A program made the translations under genes and the position numbers. Under the pieces are notes generated by a model. That model ran no database searches, had not been told where the DNA came from, and saw only the letters and a program-made list of their open reading frames with translations. A stretch of 63,890 nt of DNA, the filler included, from Hausera hauseri (Eukaryota), in the NCBI GenBank assembly GCA_046269625.1. It is 11 parts of 11 records of this genome, joined end to end, with 100 filler letters (N's around TTAATTAATTAA, not from the genome) between each part and the next. Parts side by side here need not be neighbours in the genome. Positions count along the whole stretch, not along the records: positions 59,908 to 63,890 come from JBJURY010840746.1; 10 more parts are not named here. The stretch is one strand, 5' to 3'. Positions 62,655 to 63,890 of this stretch are shown here, in pieces; the stretch's first letter is position 1, and every line of letters begins with the position of its first letter.

Positions 62655-63110
62655 ACTGTTTCCATAATGTTAGCTAATATCAGTTATCGCGAACATTTTA
62701 CCGAGTGTGACATTAACACACTACCTTTTAATCAATGGAAGCCGAGGCAGTATTTCCTCCGGTGTCCACCGGATTTTACATGCATCGTATTTCAATCGGG
62801 AATGTGTCGTATTAAGGTTTGTCGCAAACTAATCACATTTGATAAACTACTACCATTCGGAATTGTCATTGACAAAATCCAATCAATAATGGTAACGACT
62901 CAGTTAGACTACCACAAAGCAATCAATCTGTACAACTTAGCAATGGCGGCTGCTGAATGTACTTATGAACCCGAACTGTTGCCAGCACTCAGACTGACAT
63001 CGTTGCGCCCATTCTGTCAATGTGTTTAGCAGTGTACTCGGTATTCGGACAGTGGACTATGAACCAATTAATAATCAAATTAAAAACCACAAATGTTTTA
63101 TTGAATCAAA
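62655..63110 (+). pseudogene. TATA-binding-protein-like gene, frameshifted near the C-terminus
   Basis: TCIVFQSGMCRI corresponds to TBP TALIFSSGKMV. IQSIMVT...INLYNLA...YEPELLPALRL corresponds to YEPELFPGLIY. VF..VLGI follows in the next frame. Confidence 0.8.
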
Positions 63111-63174
63111 AAATGTAGATTGCACAACAACAAACTGTAAATACCATTCCCATGTCCATTCAGACATTACTGCC

Positions 63175-63840
63175 ATGGAAGAAGACAAGGACAAAACAAT
63201 TCTACTTAATGATGCCAATGACGAAAGTTCAGATTTGTCGTGGTTGTTTGGCTACAAAAGCACAATTCTAATGTCAAACTGCTTGAACCACCTGTCCAAC
63301 AATTAGAAAAACCGGGTGATTTTCTGCAAGTTGATTGTCTGGAAATGAAACAGAAACTTGCTCACAAAGCAACAGCAGCAGCAGAACCGATGTTAAAAAG
63401 GCAAAATGCAATGATTGGAATACGTAAACGAAAATCAAAACCGTCGACGCGCCAAACAGATACTTTTACTGAAACGAATTTTTGGCAAGTACGAAATGCA
63501 TTTTCTGCAAACGTCCGTACTGATTTCATTGAATGATCCCGTGTCTCTTTGCGCACTCAAGTACAACTATCGTGTAAAACGGCTTTCGCGTGAAAATTGG
63601 AATAAACTTTTATGGTTTGCATAAATTAAACGTGGATTTAAAGTTAAATGAAACGATCGTGCAATAGCAGAAAACGAAACTTTGATTTTATCGGGCGCGC
63701 AATGTCTTATGTACACGATGCCGACGATGGTTTAAAGTGTCGACTGAATATTGAGTTTCAGTTGTACAAGCCCGATTTGGCATGTAGCTGAAGTACATTT
63801 TAATTATCAATAAATTTTGTTATTTTACCGTTCTTTCCTT
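63175..63840 (+). pseudogene. Polinton hypothetical protein, continuing into the 9562-9850 paralog
   Basis: Broken ORF from ATG 63175. The 3' part is shared with the start of contig 2 (LNVDLRLNET...LKCRLNIE). Confidence 0.45.
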
Positions 63841-63890
63841 AACCCAATTAACGAGTATAAATATCCGTGTAATTTAAAAAAATAGGCATA

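Larger units (their letters stand above)
59908..63890. mobile_element. Polinton/Maverick copy 2: penton start, integrase, small ORFs and ATPase (-); TBP-like and hypothetical genes (+)
   Basis: Collinear with 57050-59750; the 3' end overlaps the 9562-9903 paralog. Confidence 0.93.

Overview
This is not one locus. It is 11 unrelated contigs joined by artificial 100-nt spacers (44 N + TTAATTAATTAA + 44 N). The DNA is AT-rich and eukaryotic, most likely from an invertebrate animal, and is dominated by decayed mobile elements and repeats. Contents: (i) two diverged copies (1916-8670 and 25657-29956) of an LTR-retroelement family whose polyprotein reads Gag, a long helical region, a ubiquitin-like domain and a chuvirus-type fusion glycoprotein, with no pol between gag and env; an integrase, a small membrane protein and a RING fragment lie upstream of the LTR. 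(ii) Three copies of a Mag-like Ty3/Gypsy element whose Gag is preceded in frame by a ubiquitin-like domain ending in a di-glycine (RLRGG|S in the best copy). (iii) Three pieces of a Polinton/Maverick (adintovirus-like) family with pPolB, integrase, ATPase, protease, MCP and two pentons, plus a TBP-like gene, dUTPase, a DEDD exonuclease and a BIR-less UBA-RING gene. (iv) A mariner fragment, a possible piggyBac start, a 7-bp microsatellite and a 68/136-bp satellite. (v) Host-derived sequence: an intact GT32 glycosyltransferase, a UPF2 pseudogene, and ANKHD1/Mask, Ig-like and possible OB-fold fragments. All identifications come from motif recognition by eye; no searches were run.
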